This document shows positions 1 through 13,479 of a DNA stretch of 64,000 nucleotides, piece by piece; position 1 is the first letter of the stretch, and the number at the start of each line of letters is the position of its first letter. Position numbers and translations under genes: made by a program. The stretch is from Neoconidiobolus thromboides FSU 785 (lineage: Eukaryota > Fungi > Entomophthoromycota), in assembly GCA_025603075.1 (NCBI GenBank), contig MU626258.1:135457-199456 (forward strand), read 5' to 3'. The notes beneath the pieces are model-generated. The model saw only the letters and a program-made list of their open reading frames with translations, was not told the DNA's origin and ran no database searches.

Positions 1-1657
1 TATATTCCTCCTTTAACTTGAAATTTTCCCATATCCTCTTGTTATCTCATCAGCATTACTGCCACTTTGCATCTTGATGAGATAGCTAGAAGTCAATTCT
101 ATTCAGTTAGGATTTATTTATTATTCTAAAGTTAATGGATACAGCATTGACTTTTTACTTTCAGTATAATTCTAAGCTTCCCATCTTATATTTTTTACGC
201 TTATCTAACAGTTCTTAATTTAAAAGTAGAGCAACTTCAATGTTAAAAACAGATAAGAGCATTAATTCAATAGTCAATAATCGATTTTAATGTTTAAAAA
301 ATGAATAAATAATGAAATAAAAAGATTACTTTGTCATTAATATGATTGAAAGCATAATCTTTAAAACTTACGCATACATTTTGTCCATTTATATTTAATA
401 TAAAATTCTGAAGGAAATCTCAAATACTGAGCAAATACTGCCATATCGCTTCATTTTAAAATAACAATTCAAAATTCAAATGAAATAATTAATCAAAAAG
501 AACAAATAGATAAATACTCAAACGAGGATCTAACTGTTTTTTTAATTTGTAATTTTTACAAAACAAATGAAATCACGTTAATATTAAAATCTTAATTTTG
601 TTATTACATTAATATCTTTAGGTTACAAATTTTAAAAAATGTAACTCTGTCTAAATTGAAAGAGAGATATTTGTTTCTGCTCAGTATTATTATTAGGAAT
701 GTTTTAATTCACCTTCTGCCCATTTTCAAGATCACAAGATTTTAAAGGGTTTTATTAAGTATCAAAAGATTTTATTAGCTTATTTTAAAACTAATCAAAA
801 ATTTCATTTTATTTTCACGGCTTTAGTCCAAAGTTCAACCTTGAAAATATTAAAAATAAATAAAAGATCAATTTTTGTTTATACTAACCCAGATTTATCA
901 AATGATTTGATATAAATTAAATGCAATTTCAAAGCATTTTAGAATCTATCAAAATAAAATAGGTAGTCAATTTATTTCAATAATTGTTAATGAAATGTCA
1001 TTATGTCTTATCAGCCCATTAGTCACAATATTGAATCAGCTCCCTCTTATCATATTTTTATAATCATTTCATCATACAGGTTTTGTTCAAGCAAAAGATT
1101 GTTTTTTTCTAATCCTTTTTTTAATCACAAAGAATCGCGCAATTTCAATTTTACGCTTAAAAATTTAATCCTTTAGAGTCGGAAAAATCCAGAACCCCTC
1201 TTTTTAACTAAGCTAACTCTTTACTAACTCTCTAATAGATAGTGAACATTATAATGTTGACAGATATCAAACTAAGACATTTATTAGAAAAGTACTTTTT
1301 TTGATAAGGAAGTTGGACTAAAATGCTATCTATTTTAACTCACTTGCTTATTAATCAATGGCTAGTTGACTCATCTATGAATTCATTTTGATCCAATTAA
1401 GCTTTTCTTATTCGATAATAACCAATGAAATTTCCTTCTTAACTAAATTATCGCTTTTTTCAGTAACCTTAAAATTTTTGCTTACCCCAAAACTAACAAA
1501 TAAAATATTTAAAAAAGCCCACCATCTTCAACGATGGGGCTAAAGGAAACACTAAGCGGTTTGACAGCTTTTATTTTATATATAAAAATAGATGAGATAT
1601 TATGACAAAAGAGAAATAATGTGATAAAGGGGGAGGGGTATCGGAGAAAAGAATAAC

Positions 1658-2263
1658 TTAACGGGAACTCTTTTCTAGTAAAAGAGAGCGTAACCATTTG
1701 TTTTCTTTTTCTAAATCTTTTACTTTTTGATTCAAGTCATCCACCTTTTCAGCTAGCTCTTTGGCATTCTTTTCAAGTTCTAATTCTTTTTGCTTCTTGC
1801 GAATACGGAAACGTGCTGAAGCCAATGTATTACGCCTCCTTTTATCGAGGACTGGGTCATCCAACCTGTTTTCATCATCATCTAAGAGTTCTTCTTCTAA
1901 TAATGGTTGAACACTCTTCTCTTTCTTTTTCTTGGATTGAGCCTGTGTTTGTTGTTGATGATGTTTAGCTTCGGCTTCAGCCTTTTGTTTACTTAAATCC
2001 ATAGAACCATTGTTCATATATTGAGATGCTAATAAAAAGGTTAATATCAATCCAAATATGAATCAAAAATAAAACATACGATTGCCACTATCTAAAGGAA
2101 GGTTAAACTGATCCAACATTGGGTTATTGAAGAAGTTAACATCGCCTTCGAAACCAAAGGTGGCGTTAATCCAAGGATCTTGTTCTACAACCGGAGTGGG
2201 AGTGGAATCATAGCTCGATATAAAAGGTAGAAAAGGATCAAGGTTATAATTATAATTTGACAT
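1658..2263 (-). CDS. metR: bZIP transcription factor, MetR/Cys-3/Zip1 type (2 exons: 2263-2080, 2028-1658)
   Basis: Basic region KRRRNTLASARFRIRKKQKE is followed by a leucine zipper and matches the sulfur-regulatory bZIP basic motif KRRRNTAASARFR. A GTATGT...AG intron at 2079-2029 joins the two track ORFs in frame. Confidence 0.8.
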
Positions 2264-4394
2264 ATTTAAATCAGAATCTGGAATTTATTTTAAGAACTAA
2301 ACAATATTGAGTGTTTTTTAGCTAATATTTATCTGTTTGGTTAAATTGATTGACTAGCAGTAGTCACTAAAGTTCAAATAATATTGAGATAAAAAAGAAA
2401 AGTCAAATTATTTATCATTTCCTTTGTAATGCTATTTATATTTTGAGAATGGATTACAATTATCATCCAATTAAAATAAACTTTTTTCTATTCTTTATAA
2501 TTAATTCGTGCAAAGTTTCAGCGATAAGAATATAATAGTGAAAAAACAAATCAATATCACCTAGTAATTAATAAAGAAATTATACTAAATATGATTAGAT
2601 TCGAACCCTTTGTTTCATTCATTTGGTAATTATACTGTTATTATTACATTATAGTTTTCTAGATCATCCATAAATTTGGAGTTATTTTTTAGTTTTGTTA
2701 TCTAAAATTAAACTGAAATTATGCCCAGATTGATGGGTAATTATTATTGGCTAAAATTAATGTCAGCACCAATTAATTAAGTTTGATCATAAAAACCATG
2801 AGTTGATTTGAATCCAGTATCTAACAGAAAGTTGAAAAATAAAGGGACTACTGTTATTAAGCCGAAAATATATCAAGTTATCTAAATGAATTAGTAATAA
2901 CAATCAACATCAGATTTTTAATTACTAATAAAAAATAAAAATATAAACTTCTAATATAGAAATAATGTAATAAATTAAAAACAAAATATAAAATCATATC
3001 TAATATGCAACAGAGTAGTAATACACGAGTCAACTGTCATTTTTGCTATATTTATTAACCACTATCCATTATTACAAGTCCTATTCTACAAATCTTAGTA
3101 CTTTTTTCGATTCAAAGCAAATTAAATATCGTCTATTTATATTAGATGCAATTCATTTGTTAAATTAAATATTTTTATTTGTTCTATATTTTGTCATAAT
3201 TTTTAAAGTTTTGGCATATATTTTTCAAAAATAATAATTTTCAATTCAATTTGTTCCCTGTCTTAATTATTAGTAAGAATAGTTAGGTTATATTTCATTA
3301 CTTTTTTTTGCCACATTTGCGCATATTATTACTATTTATTTCAGCTTTAAGCTACAGCCTGTGGTGAATTGATAATGGTTCTATTAAATGGTTTACCTTG
3401 TACTCTTTTTAATTTATTTTTTGATAGATTTTAGATTTGTCAAACAATTTCTAGAAATTTTTAATGATTTATATGGCTTTAATTGAGTTTGATAGAAGCT
3501 AACTAAACATCGAATAGTAGCAATGTGGGGGTATTTGAGCTTTTTAAAGCTTTAAGTTATATTTAGTATTAGCTAAAAATAAATATTTGATGCTTTTTTA
3601 AAGGATAAAAAGTCGGGATAAATATTAATTTCAAAACTAGAACATGCTTTTGAATCAGTGAAAGCCATGGCGATGAATTTGCCCAAAATTACTAGTAAAT
3701 TTTAAGTTGTGCAAAAAGTTGCTAAAAATTTTAAGCCGATTCAGCTTTTCAAAAACATTCATTGATTCCAAGTAAATTTCAAAATGGAATTTTAAAATTC
3801 AAAATATTTATTTCTCATAAAATATCTTTATTTCAAAGTTGATTATACAATAATTAATCGTTATTAAAAATTTTGAATTTTGGACATTTTACTGAAGGTC
3901 AACAATAAACTGCTATACAAATATTGGGCTTCAATTCTATAGAAATAATAATAATAATAAATAGATATAAATAATGATACACTAATATATTAAATTTAAC
4001 TATTAAGCATAACCAATCAAAAGTAATACATTAATGCCAAAGTTAAGATTAAATATGCCAATAAATAATAACTTAGTGATTAATAATCAATTTAGTTATT
4101 GATTAAAGATGGCTTCATTGTTTGATGCAATATGTTATTACATTGAGATTAATATTTCAAATAAGATTCTATAATAGAGTTATAAAGATTAAATTATAGT
4201 CAATCTTAAAAGGTTTGAAAGGTTTGTATACTGAATAAGATTCTTTTTTTAATGACTGTTTATAGTTTATGTTTTATGATCACTTTATAATTTATAATAA
4301 GTAATGTAAAATGTATTGAGTTTTTTTTGAAATTTTATCAATTTTACTAAGATAAGTTTAACTTTTAATTCTTTTACAAAAATGACAATCATAT

Positions 4395-4486
4395 GGGAGT
4401 GTTTTTGACTCTATTATTTTTTCCATTTTTTAAGCGCTATTTGAGTGGAAATTTATTAAAGTTCTTAAGCACAAAAATACATCCCC
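4395..4486 (-). mobile_element. MITE family M, copy 1
   Basis: GGGAGTG...CATCCCC termini, ATAT/ATAT flanks, AGCGCT core. Confidence 0.9.
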
Positions 4487-4979
4487 ATATGTCCAATAAT
4501 TGACCAATGTTTTTATAATGTTGCTTAATTGAAAGTGATTTTATTGATGATTTGAAATTTTGAAAATTCTGAAATCTGAGTTAGTTTCATATACTCTTTA
4601 ATTGTTTTTCTTTGCTTTGTTTTAATAACAAACATTAATTTGAAATAGTGTTAATATCTTTATTTATTAAATCAAATTTCATAAATAAAACACTAAAAAT
4701 ATATTCATACTTTAAATTAAATCTAATAATTTAATATTAATTTAATGCTATGTGTATTTGAATTTCTACGTTGAGTCTTTTTAAAATAATTGAATAATAT
4801 AATTTACTTTCTAATATAAGTTATAAATTGATTATCTTTAAAATAATCACTAATTTATTAGGAGTATACATAAATAGATAATAAATTACTATCATATTGT
4901 ATAAATCACTATCAGTCAACTACTTAACTTAATTCAATCTAACTTCACCATCTTAACTAACATTATAAAATCAAAATAT

Positions 4980-5073
4980 AGGATGTATTTTTGTTTAAGA
5001 ACTTTACTAACAAATTTTTCGCTTAAGTAACACTTAAAAGATAGAAAAAGTGATGAAACCAAAAAAAAATCCG
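4980..5073 (+). mobile_element. MITE family M, copy 2 (degenerate right end)
   Basis: Reads AGGATGTATTTTTG...GAAAAAGTGATGAAACCAAAAAAAAATCC. Confidence 0.85.
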
Positions 5074-5173
5074 AAATTATAGAATATAAAACATTTAATA
5101 TTATTACTGCTATTCCTCCTCTTATTCATACTACTACTAATAAAACAAAAATATCCTAAACTAGTCCTAAAAT

Positions 5174-7261
5174 TTAATCTTTTGAAGTCAATTTTTCAAA
5201 TGCTTCTAAAAGGAATTTTTGAGAAAAACCTGGATTAACATGCTCCATATTTAAAAAGGAGTCATTGAGTTGATTCAATCCTTCTTGTACTTCCTTACTA
5301 TTCGTTTCATTTAACATCTATTTAATAATAATAATAAATTGAAATTTAGTTATTAGTATATAATTTGTATAATTTATTACCTGTTCTAACACTGGTTTAA
5401 TGATACCACCATAGACAGTGGGCATAGCTTTAACAGTCTAATAAAAATACAAAAAATTAAATTAAATTTAATACTAGAATAATAGAAAGTTACCTCGTTC
5501 CCATCCACAAAGTGATCAGCTGAAGTAGAAGTAGCAGGTGGAGAAGGAATTGGACGATTTGGAATTGCAGGTGGAGATCTTACATTTGAATTTTGTTTAA
5601 CAGTATCATCAACAGGTTTTTGTTTCCCATGATTAACTTGATTATTATTACTTATTTCTTCAACCTTAGGTAATTCATGACGTATAGTATCAAAGTCCCA
5701 TGTTGTAGTTGAAAGTGGATCAGACCTATAAATTAAAATTAAATAAGTATGACTTTTATATCTTTAAATAATAATTTACTTAATCCTTGAACTTGAATCA
5801 ATATCTTCATCACTATCTGATAAATTATTAACTGCTGCCCAACGTTGATGACGTTCAATTAAATCAACTAAATAACTTGTTTTTTTAGCTGACTTAACAA
5901 AGCGATGCTTTAATAAATCTTTAGCTGACCAACGCTAATTTAATAGAAATTAATTATGTTTATAATATTCAAAATAAAAATTACCTGTCTAGGATCCCTT
6001 TGTAAACAACAGTTAACAAAATCTTTAAAGGTTCTTGAAAAGTTACCAGTTAACTGAGGTGGGTCACTTTTTGGTATTAAAAATAATACTTTCATTGGAT
6101 GTAATTCGGAATGGGGTGGACGTTGAGTTGCTAATTCAATAGCTGTAATTCCTAATGACCAAATATCTGCCTAAAAATCGGAATCAATAAAAATAAGTTA
6201 TATTATAATATTCTTTTTTTATTCTTATTTTTATTTTTATTCTTACTTTATTATTATATCCAGATTGTTTAATAACTTCGGGTGCCATCCAAAACTAAAT
6301 TTTTTCATTAAGATGGATATAATTATTAATAAAATAAAAATTATACTGGAGTGCCAACAAAACTATTCTTTTTAGTTTGGGTAGCTGTGATCTAAAAGCA
6401 AGTTAATATCAGTTTAATTTTAATTTTTAGCTTTTAATTTACTTGTCCAGATACACCAAAATCGGCCATTTTAACTATAAAAATTATATTTCACTTAATC
6501 AATTTAAAAAATCTTACTAAATTAAAACTTACCATCTCCACTTGCACTTAATAATAAATTAGCGGCTATTAAAATTCATTTAAAAATGGAATATATTATG
6601 ATTTAATTGAAATACCCTTGATATCTAAAACATACTTAATTAACTTTCAATCAAAAAAGTAATCAAAAAAAGATACCTCGATGTAATTTATTCTCACTAT
6701 GTAAGTATTCTAGTCCCTTTAATAACTCTCTCATGATAATCGCAATATAAGGTTCTGAAATAGCACCAGGTAAAAGCTAAAATAATTTAATAATAGCAAT
6801 AATGATAATAATGAAGATTACTAAATCAGCACATGAACCACCTAAACAGTATTCCATAACAATCCATAAAGAAGAGTCTTTTAGATAAGTACCATAATAC
6901 CTTTTCTATTTTAAATTACTCTTTTTAATTATTAGTAAATAATTACTTAGTTATATATGGTGAGTTTAATTGTGATAAAAATTTAATTTCTAATTCAATA
7001 TCTTCAATTTCATCTTCAGCCAACTCTAAATCAATCACTTTAATTGCTACAGGGATCTTGGAACGTTTATCGAATCTTATTTTAATATCATGAATCTTAT
7101 TTTTTTTACTTTTTTTTATTCAATTACCCTTTATATACTTTTCCAAATGAACCTCGTCCTAGAATATGATCAATAAAATAAGATTTAAGTCATATTCAAT
7201 AGTTACCAATTTGGTTTTGTTTAACATAAAACTCTTCAGGATCTATACTATTTCTGGACAT
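5174..7261 (-). CDS. STE20-family GCK-III (MST3/STK24/25-like) Ser/Thr kinase, many small exons, missed by the ORF track
   Basis: Hand-spliced: [81 protein letters not shown]. The C-terminal exon ...[25 protein letters not shown] resembles the GCK-III dimerisation tail. Confidence 0.9.
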
Positions 7262-7554
7262 AGTTTTAATAAAATTTCGCTTTTAAATATAAGCTAGACA
7301 ACTTTATTAGATAATTATTTTTATAGATAATAAGAATTCATTTTACATTTGTTGATTTTAAATTAATTAATATTCAAAAAAATAAACTTTTAATTTAATA
7401 GATTTTTGTGGCTAACAAACGGACATTTAAATAATCAATATCTAAAATAAGTAAAATGAAATCATTACTAAATCTAACCAATAAAAGTCAAGATATAAAA
7501 TTAAGCTTTAAAATTAATATTTTATTTTCTATTTACTATAAAATCAACTATTTA

Positions 7555-8765
7555 TTAAATTAAATTGAATTGTGGAATTGGACCCAATTCTTTAGGAAAA
7601 TAAGTGCTTGCACTTTTAATATATAATTCTTCTAATTCATTAATATAAGTTTGGTGAATTTCTAATACTTTTTCTTCACTTGGGTTAATATCTTTTTCAA
7701 TAATAATAGGTTTACCAACTATAGAAAATAAAAATAAATCTTTAGACACAAATTAAATACAATTCAATTCAGTTCTCTTACCGATTGTAACTAATGGCTT
7801 TTTTCTAGGTAAATAACCTTTACTACCAGTCATAATTCCTGATCCGATATAAAGTGGGATTGATAAACCTAAACGTTGTTGAATGAATTTTCTTATAGCA
7901 TAAAATATAGATTTTTCATCAAATTCATATTGATCAGCTAGATAATTTTCACCAAGATTAATTACAGGTACTAAATGAGCACTAATTAAATAGAATTAAT
8001 TTGTTATTATTATTATATATTATTATATATTATTATATATTATTATATATATATATCTTACCCAGTAATTAAAGCCAATTTAATAAAACCCAATCTATTT
8101 TTTAATATCAAATCCATTTTACCTGGTCTAGCAAATAAAGCTTCCCTTGCGCCACCAATTGGTAAAACTACAATGTTACCTTGACTGTTATTTAAATTTA
8201 ATGAATTTAAAATGGAAGTTTTTGAACAAGAAATAAACCCCATTAATTGAAAGATCTCTCTATAAAAAGGAAGATAAAAATTTAAGGGAATAGTAGCTAA
8301 TCTTATATTAAATCCATCTAATATTTGTTGAATATTACAATAGTTAGTTAAAAAAGAAGAGAAAGCACCCAGAGCTAAGATACCATGAGGATGATAGCCA
8401 AAGATGTAACTTGAATTAGTAGAAAAAGTGGAAACATCCGAGATGATTAATTGAGTTGAAAAATAATCCGAATAATAATACCACATTTTTAAACTTTTAA
8501 AAAATTGATTACTTCTACCACCTAACTCCCATTGTTTATCTAAAAATAATATATAGATACTATATAATATTATTAATGGGAAACAATAACTGTTTCTTAA
8601 TAATAATAAATAAAGTATTATACCTAAAAATGGACCTAATGGGAATAAACTATGTATCATAAGTTGAGGTATCCAATTTAAATTTGTTTTTGTTTTCGTT
8701 TTTGTTAATACTCTCAATTCTTGTAATGGTGATTCATTTTCTTCTTTTAATATATTAAAATACAT
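7555..8765 (-). CDS. DGAT2: DGAT2/MOGAT-family acyltransferase, copy 1 (3 exons)
   Basis: Contains FGYHPHG, GGAREAL, RLGFIKLA, VPVINLGEN and VGKPI motifs. Introns lie at about 8059-7983 and 7783-7720. Confidence 0.9.
8011..8056. repeat. (TATTATATAT)4 plus TA microsatellite in DGAT copy 1 intron
   Basis: Direct reading. Confidence 0.9.
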
Positions 8766-8937
8766 GTTTTATCAAAGTTAAAAGTCTTTTTTTAATTATT
8801 ATTCTTGTATTTAATAAATTTTATTTTACTGCTGATCTCATTGTTAACCTCTTCAGCTGATCATAAGAAGAAAAGATAAAACTTAATTGGTCAATTTAAA
8901 AGTATATCTTAATTAAAAACTAAGTACTTAAATATAT

Positions 8938-9035
8938 GGGGATATGTTTTTTTGATTTCATCACTTTCTCTATTTTTTGAGCGCTATTTTTGAGCGGAAA
9001 GATTGTTAGTAAAATTCTTAAAAAAATACATCCCC
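8938..9035 (-). mobile_element. MITE family M, copy 3
   Basis: GGGGATATG...CATCCCC termini, ATAT/ATAT flanks; lies about 170 bp upstream of the DGAT copy 1 ATG. Confidence 0.92.
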
Positions 9036-9172
9036 ATATGTAATTTAAATCAATTTTTATATAGCTTTTAACTAAAATTTAAATGATATTTTAAATTAAG
9101 AAATTAATAATAAAATAATAAAGTAATATATTAGTATATTAATACTAAAATTTTATCAATATAAAATAAAAT

Positions 9173-10753
9173 TTATGACTTTTCTAAAGTTTGTTTACAA
9201 GAATAAGTACGTTTCGATGCATCTTTTGGCATCCAACCTTCTTTTAAACCAAGGAAGTAATCCCAATGCGGATTAATATGATTCTCTGTTTTAAAGTTCC
9301 AAAAGTACCAACCAATTCCATTTTCAAATGCATCCATTTGTTTTTCAGCAAATTGTTTTAAAAATTGTTTATACTCATTTGTAAATTTACTAACATCATC
9401 TTTACCCTCACAAGAACATTGTTCACAAATAGCACTATCTCCATCATAAGTACCATCATATCTAGATCCTAATTTAATCCCATTTAACCACTTCCCACAA
9501 TCATTAGATGCAACGGAAAATTCCCCACACATTGTCCATCCAAATTTCTCGGATGAAGTAGTAAAATCTTTAGCCCAAGCTGTACATGGAAAATCATTAA
9601 TATCATTTAATGATTTTGATATTAATTCTTTAGCAAATATAATATAATTATGAGAATCCAGAACTATATTTTTAAAATTCTCTTTTGGCATTTTATTATG
9701 CCATTTATCTAACCCTAAAAAACCTTCATGATATACAAGTAATGGTAAATTATTATCATTATTTCGATTTTTTCTAACTGATTCATATATTTGTTTATAA
9801 AAATTTAATATACCAATTTGATCATGAGTTTTATAAACAGCTGGTTCATTTAATACACCAATTTGAGTTACTAAATTGTTCCATTCTGGTGTACTAAAAT
9901 AATCTACAACTTGTAATAAAATATTACTAAATCTTTTAACATTCCCTTCACTCTCTGTAAAATTTTTATTTAAAAATCGAATATCACCAAATCTACCTGA
10001 ATGATTCCATCCATTTTGAGATCCTGGTGCTGCATGAAAATCAATCATTACTCTTATTCCATATTTTCTACACCATTGTAACCCTCTTAACAAATATTTC
10101 CAACTTCCATAAATAAAATTCTCATTATCTTGATTATCTATCATCCAGTAACCAATAGGAATACGTACATGATTTAAACCAGCATCTCGAATTATTTTAA
10201 TATCTTCTTCTGTTAAAAAAGTTTCATAATGTTTGATTAATCTTTTTGTACATTCTTTTTTACCAATAGTTTCACATAATGTCCATTCATCTAATACCCC
10301 TTCATCTATTTTATCTTCATAAATAGATGGGACAATAAAGGGTTCGGGTACTAACCAACCACCTAAATTAACCCCTCGAATTTTCATTTTTCCATATTCA
10401 AATACTTGATTTAATGCTGGTGTATTTTTATTGGGACTAATATTATCGTTAAATTCACCTAAATCTTTAGGTATTATTGTTAAATCTGGCTTTTCTACTA
10501 AGCCATTACTATTTATTTCAACTAAAGTTGGCATGAAGTTATTTGATTGATTCTGTTGCTTTGGTATTATTACTAAAAATACAATACATAAAGTAAGAGC
10601 AGTTATGATTAGAAATGATATTAAGCTTAATATAAACCATTTATATCGAATAAATATACTTTGATTACGTCCATTTAAACTTCGACTTTGATAACTTCGA
10701 TTCAATTCCTCTGTAGATGGATTTGCTGTCAATTTATATTCATTAATGACCAT
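9173..10753 (-). CDS. GH5 exo-beta-1,3-glucanase-like protein with N-terminal transmembrane anchor (copy a)
   Basis: Intronless 526-aa ORF with IRGVNLGGWLVPEPFI, NHVRIPIGYW, APGSQNGWNHSG, the acid/base motif LNEP, the nucleophile motif GEFS and GWYFWNFK. A hydrophobic helix sits at about aa 38-63. Confidence 0.93.
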   Translation of the reverse strand: MVINEYKLTANPSTEELNRSYQSRSLNGRNQSIFIRYKWFILSLISFLIITALTLCIVFLVIIPKQQNQSNNFMPTLVEINSNGLVEKPDLTIIPKDLGEFNDNISPNKNTPALNQVFEYGKMKIRGVNLGGWLVPEPFIVPSIYEDKIDEGVLDEWTLCETIGKKECTKRLIKHYETFLTEEDIKIIRDAGLNHVRIPIGYWMIDNQDNENFIYGSWKYLLRGLQWCRKYGIRVMIDFHAAPGSQNGWNHSGRFGDIRFLNKNFTESEGNVKRFSNILLQVVDYFSTPEWNNLVTQIGVLNEPAVYKTHDQIGILNFYKQIYESVRKNRNNDNNLPLLVYHEGFLGLDKWHNKMPKENFKNIVLDSHNYIIFAKELISKSLNDINDFPCTAWAKDFTTSSEKFGWTMCGEFSVASNDCGKWLNGIKLGSRYDGTYDGDSAICEQCSCEGKDDVSKFTNEYKQFLKQFAEKQMDAFENGIGWYFWNFKTENHINPHWDYFLGLKEGWMPKDASKRTYSCKQTLEKS

Positions 10754-10775
10754 TTTATATACTATATATTATAGT

Positions 10776-10822
10776 TTATATATTATATATTATATATTAT
10801 ATATTTTATATTTTATATTTTA
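10776..10822. repeat. (TTATATA)n/(TTTTATA)n heptamer tract just upstream of the GH5a ATG
   Basis: Direct reading. Confidence 0.85.
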
Positions 10823-11958
10823 TTTAATTGAAAAATAAAATTAATAAAAACCACTTTTAATTTATTTAGTTGAAATTTGAAAATTCTCGAAATTGTCTAA
10901 CTAATTTTAGAAATTCTAGTTGAAACTTTTAATGACTACATCTTTAACTTAATTGATTATTGGTTAAAATAATAATTCAATTGAAATGATTGGTGGTTTT
11001 AATAAATAAATAGTTCAAAATACTCAATCTTTTGTTGATTAAATATAACTTTCACATTTTGATTTCTGTCAGTCGTTAAAAATTGAAATATTAATTTTAA
11101 GATAATAAACTGTGATTTTTAAATTTTTTATTTACTTTGTTTTATCTTGAGCTGATGTTAACAATATTATTTAACTAAAAATCAGACAATTATTATTTAT
11201 AGAAATCGCGTTTTTAGAGAATGTTAATATCTATTCGAAAATTTATTCTGAATGAGATTAAGAAAAATAGTGCTTACTAAATTCAAAGTTAAATTTATTA
11301 TTTTTATCTGATATATTTAAAGATTACAATATATTAATAAACTAACTATAAAAATATAATATTAATTTACTGAAGTACATGATCTGATTCTATTAATATA
11401 AACACATACATGATAACTTTTATATTATCAATTGAAAATATCAATTTAATATTTTAAAATTCAAACTTGTGTAATAGTTATTATTCTATCGTTTTATTAA
11501 ATCTTAAATAATCCTACATCTAATTTTAAAAATATGATACTAAAAATAACTAGTAAAAGTATTATTTTAAATGATAAAAGATTCTAATTTCAATTTCAAT
11601 TTGATTGGCTAGAACCATATTAAATTTAATTAACTATTGGTTTTATGTGGTGCAATACTTTTATATAAAGTTAAAAATAAAATTATCTTCAGGAACTAGT
11701 AATGTAATAATACAATCAAAAAGTATTTAAAATATCAAAATAACATTATTTGATTTGTTGATATTATCAGAGAGGCTTCTTTCATTCATTTAATTTGTTA
11801 CAATTTAGAATTCTGATCACTAATTAATAAATAGTCTTTAGATCTTGACTATTGAATTTATAGATAAGAATAAATATATATAAATAGATGTTATTTAATA
11901 AAAAAATAATTTTGTTTTTTATATAATTTAATCTAATTAATTGTATATCATTTAAACA

Positions 11959-13479
11959 ATGAAGGACGCCTATCGCTCAGTACAAAATAATCGAAGAGAG
12001 AATTTATCCTTTTTTCAACGATTTAAATGGTGGATTATAGCAGCATTAAGTTTTATAGTAATATTAGTTATTGTACTAGTAGTTGTATTTGTAGCTGTTT
12101 TACCAAACCAAAATAAATCCAGTGGAACTGGAAATGTAGATAGTTCAGGATTAGTTCAAAAACCAGATCTTTCAGTATTTCCAAAAGATTTAAAGGTAGA
12201 TGATACAGCACAAGCTAATAAATATGTTCCACCTCTTAATGAACCATTTCCATATGGTACAGAAATGAAAATTCGAGGAGTTAATTTAGGTGGTTGGTTA
12301 GTACCTGAGCCCTTTATTGTCCCATCTATATTTGAAGATCATATTGATGAAGAGGTTGTTGATGAATGGACTTTGTGTGAGAAAATTGGTAAGAAAAAAT
12401 GTAGTGAACGTTTATTAAAACATTATGAAACTTGGGTTACCGAAGAAGATATTAAAACAATTCGAGATGCTGGTTTAAATCATGTACGTATTCCTATTGG
12501 TTACTGGCAACTTGATATTAAAGATAATGAACCATTTATTTATGGTGGTTGGGATTATTTATTAAAAGGGATTGAATGGTGTAGAAAATATGGATTAAGA
12601 GTGATGATTGATTTTCATGGTGCTCCAGGTTCCCAAAATGGATGGAATCATTCAGGTAGACTTGGTGATATTCGATTTTTAAATAAGAATCTTACCGAAT
12701 CTCCACAACATGTTGAGCGTTTTATGAAAATTGTATTAGATGTAGTCAAGTACTTTGATAAAGATGAGTATAGAAATATTGTTACTCAAATTGGTGTGCT
12801 TAATGAACCTGCTGTCTATAAGACAGATCAAAATCTTACTTTAGAATTCTATAAAAAGAGTTATGAAGAAATCCGCAAAATTAATGGTAATAGAAAAAAT
12901 AACCCCTTATTAATTTACCATGAGGGTTTTCTCGGTCCATCTAAATGGGAAGGTAAACTTCCAGCGGATCAATTTCCACGTGTTGTTTTAGATTCCCATA
13001 ATTATATTATCTTTGATCGTGGTCTTATCGTTAAACCATTAGATGAAATTGGTAACTTCCCATGTACTGCTTGGGTAAATGACTTCCAAAAGAGTTCCAA
13101 GAATTTTGGATGGACAATGTGTGGGGAATTTTCCGTTGCATCCAATGATTGTGGTAAATGGTTAAATGGGATTGGATTAGGTGCACGATATGAAGGTACC
13201 TATGAAGTAAAAACTCCAGCTTGCAAAGATTGTACATGTAAAGATGTGGATGATTATACTAAATTCACAAGTAAACATAAAACTTTCTTAGCGCAATTTG
13301 CTCAAAAACAAATGGATGCATTTGAAAATGGAATTGGTTGGTACTTTTGGAACTTTAAAACAGAGAATCATATTAATCCGCATTGGGATTACTTCCTTGG
13401 TTTAAAAGAAGGTTGGATGCCAAAAGATGCTAATAATCGTCAATATGGCTGTCCCCCTCCTGAAAAAAAGCAAAATTAG
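11959..13479 (+). CDS. GH5 exo-beta-1,3-glucanase-like protein with N-terminal transmembrane anchor (copy b), head-to-head with copy a
   Basis: Same GH5 motifs as copy a (LNEP, GEFS), with TM helix WWIIAALSFIVILVIVLVVVFVAVL. Confidence 0.93.
   Translation: MKDAYRSVQNNRRENLSFFQRFKWWIIAALSFIVILVIVLVVVFVAVLPNQNKSSGTGNVDSSGLVQKPDLSVFPKDLKVDDTAQANKYVPPLNEPFPYGTEMKIRGVNLGGWLVPEPFIVPSIFEDHIDEEVVDEWTLCEKIGKKKCSERLLKHYETWVTEEDIKTIRDAGLNHVRIPIGYWQLDIKDNEPFIYGGWDYLLKGIEWCRKYGLRVMIDFHGAPGSQNGWNHSGRLGDIRFLNKNLTESPQHVERFMKIVLDVVKYFDKDEYRNIVTQIGVLNEPAVYKTDQNLTLEFYKKSYEEIRKINGNRKNNPLLIYHEGFLGPSKWEGKLPADQFPRVVLDSHNYIIFDRGLIVKPLDEIGNFPCTAWVNDFQKSSKNFGWTMCGEFSVASNDCGKWLNGIGLGARYEGTYEVKTPACKDCTCKDVDDYTKFTSKHKTFLAQFAQKQMDAFENGIGWYFWNFKTENHINPHWDYFLGLKEGWMPKDANNRQYGCPPPEKKQN

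Noticed and set aside
43-85. 10-bp inverted repeat TATCTCATCA/TGATGAGATA, with CTGATGA...GAAA on the minus strand
   Set aside because: The hammerhead stem II cannot form and there is no proper C/D box pair; it is an isolated small hairpin at the window edge.
2595-2612. GGTTCGAATC on the minus strand, resembling a tRNA T-loop
   Set aside because: The T-stem does not pair and there is no cloverleaf.
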